Below, in pieces: positions 1-7,494 of a stretch of 36,350 bases of DNA. The position numbers and the translations under genes are program-made. Positions within the stretch are counted from its first letter, which is position 1. Every line of letters begins with the position of its first letter. The notes under the pieces are model-generated. The model was not told where the DNA came from. It saw only the letters and a list, made by a program, of their open reading frames with translations, and made no database searches. The stretch is from a virus, in IMG/VR virus record IMGVR_UViG_3300031565_000168, positions 1-36,350 of that record; one strand, written 5' to 3'.

Positions 1-127
1 TGAATTGGGGCGAGCTCGACCAGAAGGGTTTTAATATTGTCGAGTTTGACGACTATGTTTTAGAAGTTGGTTGCGAGCCGGTCGTTCAGCGTATTCCATT
101 CCCGCACCCGCCCCGGAAGAAGATCGT
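1..127. repeat. Terminal overlap, identical to 36224..36350
   Basis: Direct reading: tgaattggggcgagctcgaccagaagg...ccccggaagaagatcgt occurs at both ends. Confidence 0.97.
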
Positions 128-2780
128 CCTCGACTGGCCTTTCGATTTCGATAAGGAGGATCTCGGCTTTGCCGGTTATGATACATGGTTGCAGATCAGA
201 GCGCCAAAAGAAGCGAGGCATACAATTGACCTCAAGTTTATCGAATCAGAAATGAAAGATTATCAAGCCGGTCCCGGGTCTAAGGTTGAGATCGTGACGA
301 TCCCGACGGAGACCGTGAGAGCGGGGCAGATCAGCGAGGCGGTATCTCTCGTTGACAAGCTCAAGGTTTATGCCGAGCTGTCCGGGGAAACTCTCAACGA
401 TAGCACGATCGAGAAAGCCGCCGAACTTGAAACGACCGCTCGCAAGTCTGGTGAGGTCGGCGAAGGATTGCATATCCGGGTACAGAAGCTCGTCCTCCGC
501 GGCGCGATCGGTATCAAGAAGGGGCTCGGTCTCGACGAAATCGAAATCGATCTCGATCAATACGAGCCGGGCCTTATTGCTCTTGTCGGTGTCAATGGTG
601 CCGGCAAAAGTACCCTCATCGAGAACATGCACCCGTACCCGCAGCTGCTCACGCGGACCGGAAAACTCCAGGATCATTTCTGCTTGAGAGATTCCTTCCG
701 GGATCTCTACTTCACTGACGAACGAACAGAGACCGAGTACCGGGCGTTTATGACGATCGACGGCCAGAACAAGAGCGGATCCTGCGAGTATTTTCTGAAC
801 CGGAAAGATAATGGAGAGTGGATCCCTGCATCAAAAGAATTCAACGGCCGGCTGGCTCCATACGCCGCTGAGATCCTGCGCCTGTTCGGCAGTATCGAGC
901 TCTACCTTCGGAGCGCGTTTGTTTCTCAGAAGCAGCCGAAGAATCTTCCCGATCTTTCAGATGCAACGCCTGGTGAGAAAAAAGCTCTATTCCGTGAGCT
1001 CGGGGGTCTTGATTATCTGGAAGTGTATTCAAAGGCAGCAAGCGAGACAGCAAAGGTGCTTGAAAGCGAGCTTACCGGAATCAAGGCGAAGCTTGAGCGA
1101 GAGGATGAGATCAAGGATGCTATAGGCAAAGCGAAAGGGGATCTGAACGCGAAAACCTCCTACCAGGAAGGGACCGAGGACAACCTGGCCCTGATCAAGA
1201 AGAAAGGCGAGGAACTGAAAGCCGATCACGATCGGCTGAAAAAGATCGTTGATAAGAACGAAAAGCTCCGAAGCAAGGGGGAAGATATCCGCTCGCTTCG
1301 TTTCGATGCCGAGGGATCGATACTCAGAATCAATAAATCAATAGACGAATACCGATCCGCCCTCGAGGGCAAGGAGCAGACTGAGAAGCTGATCAAGGAA
1401 TACGAGAATTTCAAAGCAGAGGAGGCGAAACTCAATGAGGAAAAGTCGAAACACGAAGGGGATCGCGCTCGCGGTCTTGCATGTTATAACGAGCTACGGG
1501 ACACCGTCGCAGGACAAGAGCGTGATCTGCGTGATAAAAAGAGCGAGGCGGAAAAGACAGCTCAGGCGGTCGAACGCGAGCGTGATCTCGTCCTGGCCGA
1601 TGCGAATAACCTCGAGAAGGATCTGAAATCTCTCAGAGAAGCACAGTGTCCTTATTTGGACAAAGAATGTCCGGCGAAAGACAATCCATCCTTCCAATTT
1701 GTGATATCCGATAGAGAGGAGACTCTCAAAGAATTGCAGGAAAAAGCCTTTGAACTCGATAAGGATCTCACCGAGAAGAACGAGGCGGTCAAGGCGATAC
1801 AGAAAGTGATCGACGATCTTGTCTGGCCAGAGGAACCGAAAATTGAGGAGTATGACGAGACCGAGCTCTCTATGGTGATCATGAAACTTGACAACTACGA
1901 TATTGTCACTCTCAAAGCAATGCTCGGTACATCTCAGGAAGCGGAGATCCGCATACAGGAAGGCGAGAAGCAGCTCAAGACTCTCGAGACCACGCTGAAT
2001 ACGCTCAATGAACGAGCAGCCGATCTGCTAAATCAGATCGATGAAGAGAGCGAGACTGACTTTACGGATGTCGGTGAGCAGCTCGAAGAGTGCCGGCAGC
2101 AGTACATCGAAACTGACAAGGAACTCACGCGGCTCAACACCGAAATCGAGGGTCTCAAGAAGCAGATCGCGGAGCGGGAAGCAGAGCTCGAGGATCTCAA
2201 GGCGCTCGACGAGGAGCGCAAGGCAAAAGAGATCGATCTCACTGAATGGCAGTATCTACAGCGAGCTTGCGGTCCGAACGGTATCCAGGCTCTTGAGCTC
2301 GACGCTATGGGGCCTGGGATCGCAGAGGTAGCAAACAGTATCCTTGAATCTGCTTATGGATCCCGGTTTCAGATCGAGTTCAGGACGACAAGGATCGGAG
2401 GATCCGGTTCCAAGACAAAGCAGATTGAGGACTTTCTGATCTGGATCCACGACTCGCAGTCCGGTGACGAGCAGCTCCTCGAGACACTGTCCGGAGGTGA
2501 GAGCGTGTGGGTCAAACGAGCGATCTATGATGCTTTTGGGATCATCCGAGCTCGCAAGACCGGGACGCAGTTCCTCACGGTCTACCAGGACGAGGCTGAC
2601 GGAGCGCTGGATCCTGAGGCGCGGACCGCGTATTTCCGTATGCTCGAGAAGGCCCACCAGGAAGCCGGTCGGTATCACAGCATTATCGTCACTCACTCGC
2701 TCGAGGCCCAGGAGATGATCGGGCAGAAGATAGAGATGACGGCTCTCAAGGAGGCGGTACGTGAGCCAGTTACAGCGTAA
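3..2780 (+). CDS. Rad50/SbcC-like SMC-type ATPase part of an ORF already open at the window start (it continues from 35491 through the circular junction)
   Basis: Walker A GVNGAGKST (about 588-614). Roughly 500 aa of heptad-rich coiled coil with a central CPYLDKECP. ABC signature LSGGES, then Walker B/D-loop VYQDEADGALD near the C-terminus. The frame has no stop between position 3 and the TTG at 189 used by the ORF track. Confidence 0.9.
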   Translation, partial: NWGELDQKGFNIVEFDDYVLEVGCEPVVQRIPFPHPPRKKIVLDWPFDFDKEDLGFAGYDTWLQIRAPKEARHTIDLKFIESEMKDYQAGPGSKVEIVTIPTETVRAGQISEAVSLVDKLKVYAELSGETLNDSTIEKAAELETTARKSGEVGEGLHIRVQKLVLRGAIGIKKGLGLDEIEIDLDQYEPGLIALVGVNGAGKSTLIENMHPYPQLLTRTGKLQDHFCLRDSFRDLYFTDERTETEYRAFMTIDGQNKSGSCEYFLNRKDNGEWIPASKEFNGRLAPYAAEILRLFGSIELYLRSAFVSQKQPKNLPDLSDATPGEKKALFRELGGLDYLEVYSKAASETAKVLESELTGIKAKLEREDEIKDAIGKAKGDLNAKTSYQEGTEDNLALIKKKGEELKADHDRLKKIVDKNEKLRSKGEDIRSLRFDAEGSILRINKSIDEYRSALEGKEQTEKLIKEYENFKAEEAKLNEEKSKHEGDRARGLACYNELRDTVAGQERDLRDKKSEAEKTAQAVERERDLVLADANNLEKDLKSLREAQCPYLDKECPAKDNPSFQFVISDREETLKELQEKAFELDKDLTEKNEAVKAIQKVIDDLVWPEEPKIEEYDETELSMVIMKLDNYDIVTLKAMLGTSQEAEIRIQEGEKQLKTLETTLNTLNERAADLLNQIDEESETDFTDVGEQLEECRQQYIETDKELTRLNTEIEGLKKQIAEREAELEDLKALDEERKAKEIDLTEWQYLQRACGPNGIQALELDAMGPGIAEVANSILESAYGSRFQIEFRTTRIGGSGSKTKQIEDFLIWIHDSQSGDEQLLETLSGGESVWVKRAIYDAFGIIRARKTGTQFLTVYQDEADGALDPEARTAYFRMLEKAHQEAGRYHSIIVTHSLEAQEMIGQKIEMTALKEAVREPVTA

Positions 2781-2849
2781 CACCCCGGCGTTGCCGGATA
2801 ACAATATTCCATTTTAGAAAGGAGTCTCTCTGTTCGTACAGGGTCATGA

Positions 2850-2877
2850 CCCCGGAAGTACCTCAAGACTTCCGGGG
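2850..2877 (+). terminator. Perfect 10-bp-stem hairpin downstream of the ATPase gene (no T-tract)
   Basis: ccccggaagt-acctcaag-acttccgggg. A smaller ccggc-gtt-gccgg hairpin lies at about 2784-2796. Confidence 0.35.
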
Positions 2878-2889
2878 ACTATTACAGGA

Positions 2890-2994
2890 GTCCACGGTGG
2901 CGGGAAAGGTGCCCCGTTAACCCGTGAGAGTGCCTACGGCTGATCCCCGTGACGACAAATGACTCCGCGCAGGTTCGAATCCTGCCCGTGGACA
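2890..2994 (+). ncRNA. tRNA-like element: canonical T-arm plus a 7-8 bp acceptor stem, but too long and lacking a clean anticodon arm
   Basis: T-arm gcagg-ttcgaat-cctgc (2969-2985). The 3' strand ccgtggac (2986-2993) pairs perfectly with gtccacgg (2890-2897). D-like stem cggg/cccg with a GG-containing loop. The only 7-nt-loop hairpin (2935-2951, loop ctgatcc) has a pyrimidine at position 37. Confidence 0.45.
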
Positions 2995-3008
2995 AGAGGG
3001 AGGGGAGT

Positions 3009-3173
3009 GTGGCAAAAAGCCTATCTATGAGCTTTAGCGTAAGCGAAGAAGAACGAAAAATAATCACAGAATACACGAAAAATAAGCACCTTCGCAAACC
3101 GAGCGAATTGATCAGGTTAGCCCTTTTTGGCTATATGCGTAAATATCCCCTAAAAATGAAGAAACAGGAATAA
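3009..3173 (+). CDS. Ribbon-helix-helix (CopG/Arc-like) DNA-binding protein
   Basis: MSFSVSEEERKIITEYTK..PSELIRLALFGYM fits a beta-strand/helix/helix pattern. A GTG at 3009 lies behind gggagggg; an ATG at 3027 is an alternative start. The 2949 start in the track would overlap the tRNA-like element. Confidence 0.65.
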   Translation: MAKSLSMSFSVSEEERKIITEYTKNKHLRKPSELIRLALFGYMRKYPLKMKKQE

Positions 3174-3175
3174 AT

Positions 3176-3529
3176 ATGAATGATGAGATTTGTTATTATT
3201 GTGGTATGCCAGGAAATCAAATTGATCACGTCATACCAAGAATAATATTAAAAAGTATAAATGAGACCAATGTTCATATACATGATAACCGAATCGAGAT
3301 AGTTCCTTGTTGCCATGAATGTAATGTTTTATTGGGGGCATCCTTTCAAAGTACACTTGCAGAAAGAAAACATTATTTGAAGGTAAGATTAAAATACAAA
3401 TATCGTAGTTTATTAAAAATACCCGAATGGATAAAAGCAGAAATAGATGTTTTAGGATATACCTTAAAGCAAGATTTATTGGATACTTTAAATAAAAAAG
3501 AATTGCTATTACTGCGCTTAAAATGGTGA
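3176..3529 (+). CDS. HNH endonuclease (free-standing, homing-type)
   Basis: CYYCG..NQIDHVIPR...CCHECNVLLG gives Cys pairs plus the DH...N...H pattern. The gene is markedly AT-rich relative to its flanks. Confidence 0.8.
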   Translation: MNDEICYYCGMPGNQIDHVIPRIILKSINETNVHIHDNRIEIVPCCHECNVLLGASFQSTLAERKHYLKVRLKYKYRSLLKIPEWIKAEIDVLGYTLKQDLLDTLNKKELLLLRLKW

Positions 3530-3716
3530 GTTTTCATAACTATACGAAATTCAAAGAAAAAGCCGTACAGCGTCACGCCCTAATAGCCTAGAGGCATTTT
3601 AATACGGGTCAGTGACCCAAAACGACATACTGGACCGGTCTGAGGTTCCTTCTCTGCAGGAACAGGTCGCCTGCGGGACCTCCTTTTCCTCGGGCCGGTC
3701 GATTTAAGGAGACGTA

Positions 3717-4370
3717 ATGGCGAGACCTCAAAAATATACTGCGGATTATTTCCCACATTTCGCTCATAACGGAAAGACGATGTTTATCATCGAGGAGAGG
3801 TTCGGAAACGATGGATACGCTTTTTGGTTCAAACTTTTGGAGCTTCTGTGCTCTACGGAGGGGCATTGTTACGATTGTGATTCCGTGGAGAATTGGGGGT
3901 TTCTGACGTCGAAAACTCACGTCAGCGAGGTTTCCGCCACGGAAATACTTTGTACTCTTTCCAAACTTGGAGCGATTGACAGCGATTTATGGGCCGAAAA
4001 AAAGATATGGTCGCAACATTTAGTTGACAATCTTGTGCCATTATACAGTAAAAGGACGTCGAAACCCCCCTGTAAGCCAGTTACCGGGGAGAAAACCGAG
4101 TTTCCGACGTCGGAAAACCACAAAGGAAGTAGAGGAAGTAGAGGAAGTATAGGAAGTAAAGTAAAGGAAGTAGAGGAAACTCAGGAAGACAAACCCCTTT
4201 CTTCTTCAAACCCTCAAAAACCCGAAACCCTGCAGGATATTGATAACGAGCATCTTCGTCTCAAGAGGCTTCATGCTGAAGCTGAATATTACAAGATACA
4301 CGACGAGAAGGCATACTTGAAACTATTGAAGCAGCACCCGGAGTTCGAGGAGGAGGTTCCGTGGTCATAG
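3717..4370 (+). CDS. Replisome organizer / replication initiation protein (DUF4373, Lin1244-like N-terminal domain)
   Basis: The N-terminus YTADYFPHFAHNGKTMFIIEERFGNDGYAFWFKLLELL matches my recollection of the DUF4373 signature. The gene contains iterons and palindromes. SD aaggag lies upstream. Confidence 0.7.
   Translation: MARPQKYTADYFPHFAHNGKTMFIIEERFGNDGYAFWFKLLELLCSTEGHCYDCDSVENWGFLTSKTHVSEVSATEILCTLSKLGAIDSDLWAEKKIWSQHLVDNLVPLYSKRTSKPPCKPVTGEKTEFPTSENHKGSRGSRGSIGSKVKEVEETQEDKPLSSSNPQKPETLQDIDNEHLRLKRLHAEAEYYKIHDEKAYLKLLKQHPEFEEEVPWS
4125..4192. repeat. Tandem 9-bp iterons GGAAGTAGA (about 7 units, degenerating) inside the replisome-organizer gene; candidate origin
   Basis: ggaagtaga ggaagtaga ggaagtata ggaagtaaa gtaaa ggaagtaga ggaaactca ggaagacaa, immediately after the perfect 16-bp palindrome tttccgacgtcggaaa (4101-4116). 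Confidence 0.6.
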
Positions 4371-4407
4371 ATATTGCACTCCATAAAAAGCACGAAGGAG
4401 AAGGAAG

Positions 4408-4590
4408 ATGAGTAAAAGTAAACACCTACTTTGGATGCTTTTGGGTATGGCGGCATGGGTGGAGGATATGAGAGAGGGGCTATTTAAACCAGAGTCATCT
4501 TTTAAGAGGGGATTTCGACAACACTACAAGAACACACACAATAATAAGCGGAGCGGTGTGACTAAAAGAAAACATGGTAAATATGAATAA
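4408..4590 (+). CDS. Small basic hypothetical protein
   Basis: ORF with SD gaaggagaaggaag directly upstream. Confidence 0.6.
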   Translation: MSKSKHLLWMLLGMAAWVEDMREGLFKPESSFKRGFRQHYKNTHNNKRSGVTKRKHGKYE

Positions 4591-4613
4591 TCCTTGAATG
4601 AAGGAGAGAGAAG

Positions 4614-4718
4614 ATGAACAAGAGATTTGATATTAGATTGCCTCTAATATGGTGGACAATCGGTTTTATTATTGGATTAACGGCCGGAATGATAATTGGC
4701 TGTAAATGGGGGTGGTGA
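4614..4718 (+). CDS. 34-aa single-pass membrane micro-protein
   Basis: Hand translation gives MNKRFDIRLPLIWWTIGFIIGLTAGMIIGCKWGW. SD aaggagagag lies 4 nt upstream. Its stop overlaps the next ATG (TGATG). Too short to appear in the ORF track. Confidence 0.5.
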   Translation: MNKRFDIRLPLIWWTIGFIIGLTAGMIIGCKWGW

Positions 4719-4975
4719 TGAAAGAGCAAGAATATCAATCAATGAGTGAGTGGTTAAAAGATGATGCCGTTAAACTTGATTTACCCTCAGAAGAAATCAT
4801 ACAAGCATTGTGTGAAGAAATCGAGAGAAAGAACAACACCATCGAGAAGCAGAACGAGAAGTTTAAACGCATTGAAGAAATTACGCATTATGCCGGAGAC
4901 AGTGCTTGTTTGTTTAAAGCGAATGAGATTGCACAAGAAGCACTCAAACTCACAGAGGAGCAATCACATGGATGA
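4718..4975 (+). CDS. Hypothetical acidic helical protein
   Basis: ORF track 4706..4975. The ATG at 4718 is coupled to the upstream stop. Confidence 0.65.
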   Translation: MKEQEYQSMSEWLKDDAVKLDLPSEEIIQALCEEIERKNNTIEKQNEKFKRIEEITHYAGDSACLFKANEIAQEALKLTEEQSHG

Positions 4976-5405
4976 ACTAAAACCGTATAACTTATGTCAA
5001 AGTCACTCAGCCTTGGTGAAAATAAATCAGTTTCGCGGACATCGTGTAGAATGTATGAGATGCCATTTATCTACAAGTTATTATGATACCGAAGAACAAG
5101 CAATCAAGGCATGGAACACACGCAAGGAGGAGCCAAGTCATGAAGAAGGAGGGAAGATGAGTAAATATACAGAGATAAAAGAGGATTACGGTATAGCGAA
5201 GGATTTTATGGAAAACCCCGAAAACTGTCACTTTGTATCGGAGGGAGATATAAGAAATTCAAATAGGCTCGAAACCCTCATTGACATCATCGAGAAGTAT
5301 CGGGCCTTTATTATCAGGAGTCGTCCATATTGTGATTTTCATTTAGTCGGATACGATGACCTTGAACAAGAGTATATAGACATTCTCAAACTCACAGAGG
5401 AGTAG
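4968..5405 (+). CDS. Lar-family-like (restriction alleviation) N-domain fused to an unknown C-domain
   Basis: MDELKPYNLCQSH...VECMRC...TEEQAIKAWNTR resembles the Lar family consensus (ELKPCPFCG...C..C...eeAi.aWNrR), with the first Cys pair degenerate. The ATG at 4968 overlaps the previous stop (ATGGATGA). Confidence 0.6.
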   Translation: MDELKPYNLCQSHSALVKINQFRGHRVECMRCHLSTSYYDTEEQAIKAWNTRKEEPSHEEGGKMSKYTEIKEDYGIAKDFMENPENCHFVSEGDIRNSNRLETLIDIIEKYRAFIIRSRPYCDFHLVGYDDLEQEYIDILKLTEE

Positions 5406-5409
5406 GGAG

Positions 5410-5610
5410 ATGATTAAGATCAAGGATCTTCAGGAGACAGATATCGGAAGATGGGTAATATATAAAACCGAGTTTGAAAACCAGAGGGGAAGAATCAAAA
5501 GCTGGAATGATAAATGGATATTCATTGTCTATAACTGCGCTGGCGAATGGGATAGATACCAAGATTATACAGCTGCCGCAACAAAACCAGAAGATTTAAT
5601 ATGGGAGTAA
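5410..5610 (+). CDS. Hypothetical protein
   Basis: ORF with SD gaggag upstream, tightly packed in the operon. Confidence 0.65.
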   Translation: MIKIKDLQETDIGRWVIYKTEFENQRGRIKSWNDKWIFIVYNCAGEWDRYQDYTAAATKPEDLIWE

Positions 5611-5613
5611 GAC

Positions 5614-6057
5614 GTGATAGTTCTCTCGATTGATCCAGCCTGGGCGAAGGAGATGGCTTATGCCGTTTTCAGAGACGGGCAGCTCTGTTTCTATGACAAG
5701 TTCAGGACTACGAAAGAGCTCTGCGTCACGAATGCCGATGTCGTCGTCACCGAGAATCCATATCTCGGCGGGGACGCAAAGAAATACTCCTCTCGTGGAC
5801 ATATCGATACTTTCAAGAAGCTATGCTTCGCCGTCGGCATGGTCTCAGTTATAGCTGCGGCTCTGGAAGCAGAGTTTGTACTCGTCCGGCCGCTCGACTG
5901 GAAAACATTCTACTCGTTGACAATCAAGACGCCGGCGAATATCCAGGAGACGATACGGGCTCAACTCACCGGTGGGATCCAGGGCGAGGATATTCAGGAT
6001 GCAATCCTCATCGGCAGGTACTATATAGATCACGTACTCGTGGAGGCGAGAGGGTAA
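5614..6057 (+). CDS. RuvC-like Holliday junction resolvase
   Basis: IVLSIDPAW (catalytic Asp region) and VVVTENPY (Glu) with RuvC-fold spacing. GTG start. Confidence 0.65.
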   Translation: MIVLSIDPAWAKEMAYAVFRDGQLCFYDKFRTTKELCVTNADVVVTENPYLGGDAKKYSSRGHIDTFKKLCFAVGMVSVIAAALEAEFVLVRPLDWKTFYSLTIKTPANIQETIRAQLTGGIQGEDIQDAILIGRYYIDHVLVEARG

Positions 6058-6058
6058 T

Positions 6059-6271
6059 ATGTTAAAGCAATTTATTAAACAGTTATTTTGTCGACATCGG
6101 TGGGAGATCTTCTGGCCCTTCTGGCCGACGATAGGATTTTACATCGAGGAATGTGTGTACTGTAAAAAGCTACGAATAGCATACCGCAAACTGCCTGGGC
6201 ATATTAATTGTAGATGTGCTGTTATTCCAGTCGAAGATGAGGAGGATGAAGGATGTCAAAAAATGAATTAA
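6059..6271 (+). CDS. Cys-rich small protein (zinc-ribbon-like)
   Basis: CRHRW...CVYCKK...INCRC. Confidence 0.6.
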   Translation: MLKQFIKQLFCRHRWEIFWPFWPTIGFYIEECVYCKKLRIAYRKLPGHINCRCAVIPVEDEEDEGCQKMN

Positions 6272-6444
6272 ATATAAAATTAATACCAGGCCAATATTTC
6301 ATTTTAACTCGAATTAATGCCTGTTATAACTGTAAGTGTAAATATCTTGGCGACAGATCTTATGATTGTTATTTGAAATTCATAGAACTTGATTCTGAGG
6401 GCAAATGTAAAAGTTATGAAGAGAAAAAGAAACGATCCCTATAA
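6253..6444 (+). CDS. Cys-rich small hypothetical protein
   Basis: SD gaggaggatgaagg upstream; AT-rich. Confidence 0.55.
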   Translation: MSKNELNIKLIPGQYFILTRINACYNCKCKYLGDRSYDCYLKFIELDSEGKCKSYEEKKKRSL

Positions 6445-6480
6445 AGATACTTCGATAAACGGGAGGTAGGGCGGGTAAAG

Positions 6481-6588
6481 GTGAAAGAGCAATATAACTT
6501 TTGGGAAGGAATGATAGCGGGTTTTGCTATCGGGATGCTTGTCGTTTCTATAATAGTTTTTGTAATAATAAATAATTTAATTAAGTAG
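6481..6588 (+). CDS. Possible 35-aa membrane micro-protein
   Basis: Hand translation gives VKEQYNFWEGMIAGFAIGMLVVSIIVFVIINNLIK. The start is uncertain (GTG 6481 or ATG 6511). Confidence 0.35.
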   Translation: MKEQYNFWEGMIAGFAIGMLVVSIIVFVIINNLIK

Positions 6589-6600
6589 GGAGGGGAACAA

Positions 6601-6801
6601 ATGATTACTTACTCAACGAAATATAACCTGCGGAACTGTCCGCGCTGTGGGCATAGTGTAATGATGTGCCTGGGGGTATATCTTGATTTTTATTGTCCCC
6701 ATTGCCAAACCGGATACGCCGTTCGTGCCGTGGGAAAGAAGAATCGAATAAAGCTCTGGAACAAAATATGGAATCATCGTTGTAAGGGGGGAAACGATTA
6801 A
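6601..6801 (+). CDS. Zinc-ribbon protein, weakly Lar-like
   Basis: CPRCGH...YCPHCQTGYA...KLWNKIWNHR. Strong SD gggagggg upstream. Confidence 0.65.
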   Translation: MITYSTKYNLRNCPRCGHSVMMCLGVYLDFYCPHCQTGYAVRAVGKKNRIKLWNKIWNHRCKGGND

Positions 6802-6834
6802 TGTGCAAACATTCTCGGATGTGGGAGGGGAACA

Positions 6835-7182
6835 TTGATACAAGAAGCTGACGGTTTTTTAATCACGCTGTTGAGCGGTTGCAAGCTGTTCGTCGAGAAC
6901 AAGCACTATCTGGAAGACGCCGACGGCAACATTACTTTCAAGGGGAATCATGCTATTGAGATCGCACTGATCCAAAGGAAGCCGGGTGCACAGTTAGAAT
7001 GCCTTGCGTCGAAGGTGCATGAGACCCCGCTCAAGATTACGTGGTCCAAGATTTACAAGACCGCGATCGCGAGCATGGAGAAGATCGACGAGAGAAGTTT
7101 TCTCTATGAGACGATCCTCAAGGCGCGGTCGAATATCATCATCCCGAAAGGGGTGAACATCAGGAAATCTCAGACGGTATGA
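6835..7182 (+). CDS. Hypothetical protein (TTG start)
   Basis: SD gggagggg lies 5 nt before the TTG. Confidence 0.6.
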   Translation: MIQEADGFLITLLSGCKLFVENKHYLEDADGNITFKGNHAIEIALIQRKPGAQLECLASKVHETPLKITWSKIYKTAIASMEKIDERSFLYETILKARSNIIIPKGVNIRKSQTV

Positions 7183-7239
7183 GGAGACAGGGAAAAGTAA
7201 TATCTTATGATTCGTAAAAAAATAATGGGGAGGAAACAA

Positions 7240-7467
7240 ATGATTAGACTCGGAAACAAAGTCAAGGATAACATCACGGGTTTTGCAGGAATAGCAGTTG
7301 CACGAGCTGAATATCTGAACGGATGTATAAGCGTACAAGTACAATCTATAAAGCTGAAAGATGGATTGCCAATTGAAGCCGAATGGTTTGACGAGCAGAG
7401 ATTGACAGATACAAGCGGAGCGACAGCGGGAGGGCCACAGGATCGGCCCCCGGAAATACATCCCTAA
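7240..7467 (+). CDS. Conserved phage hypothetical protein
   Basis: ATG at 7240 behind ggggagga. The motif GNKVKDNITGFAGIAVARAEYLNGC recurs in phage proteins as far as I recall. Confidence 0.65.
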   Translation: MIRLGNKVKDNITGFAGIAVARAEYLNGCISVQVQSIKLKDGLPIEAEWFDEQRLTDTSGATAGGPQDRPPEIHP

Positions 7468-7494
7468 TGTCAAAATGAGAAGATCGGAAATAAC

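Noticed and set aside
246-2804. Multiple antisense and off-frame ORFs inside the Rad50-like gene (for example 246-677 minus, 2256-2804 minus, 352-687 plus).
   Set aside because: They lie wholly within a long ORF that has clear Walker and signature motifs. Their translations are low-complexity, rich in Ser, Arg and Leu, and they have no SD. They are shadow ORFs of a repetitive coiled-coil coding region.
2812-2820. An extra TTTTAGAAA match to the repressor operator half-site downstream of the ATPase gene.
   Set aside because: It is a single 7-mer half-site with no inverted partner. Several such matches are expected by chance in 36 kb.
2846-2920. A 24-codon ATG ORF spanning the hairpin and the 5' part of the tRNA-like element.
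   Set aside because: It has no SD at a suitable distance, and the RNA structures explain the sequence better.
3609-3920. A 103-aa minus-strand ORF overlapping the start of the replisome-organizer gene.
   Set aside because: It overlaps the DUF4373 N-terminal signature encoded on the plus strand. It has no SD and sits alone on the opposite strand within an otherwise plus-strand operon.
4125-4192. I considered the tandem 9-bp repeats as a CRISPR-like array or minisatellite.
   Set aside because: The units are contiguous with no spacers, only 9 bp long, in frame within a coding gene, and there are no cas genes. Origin iterons explain them better.
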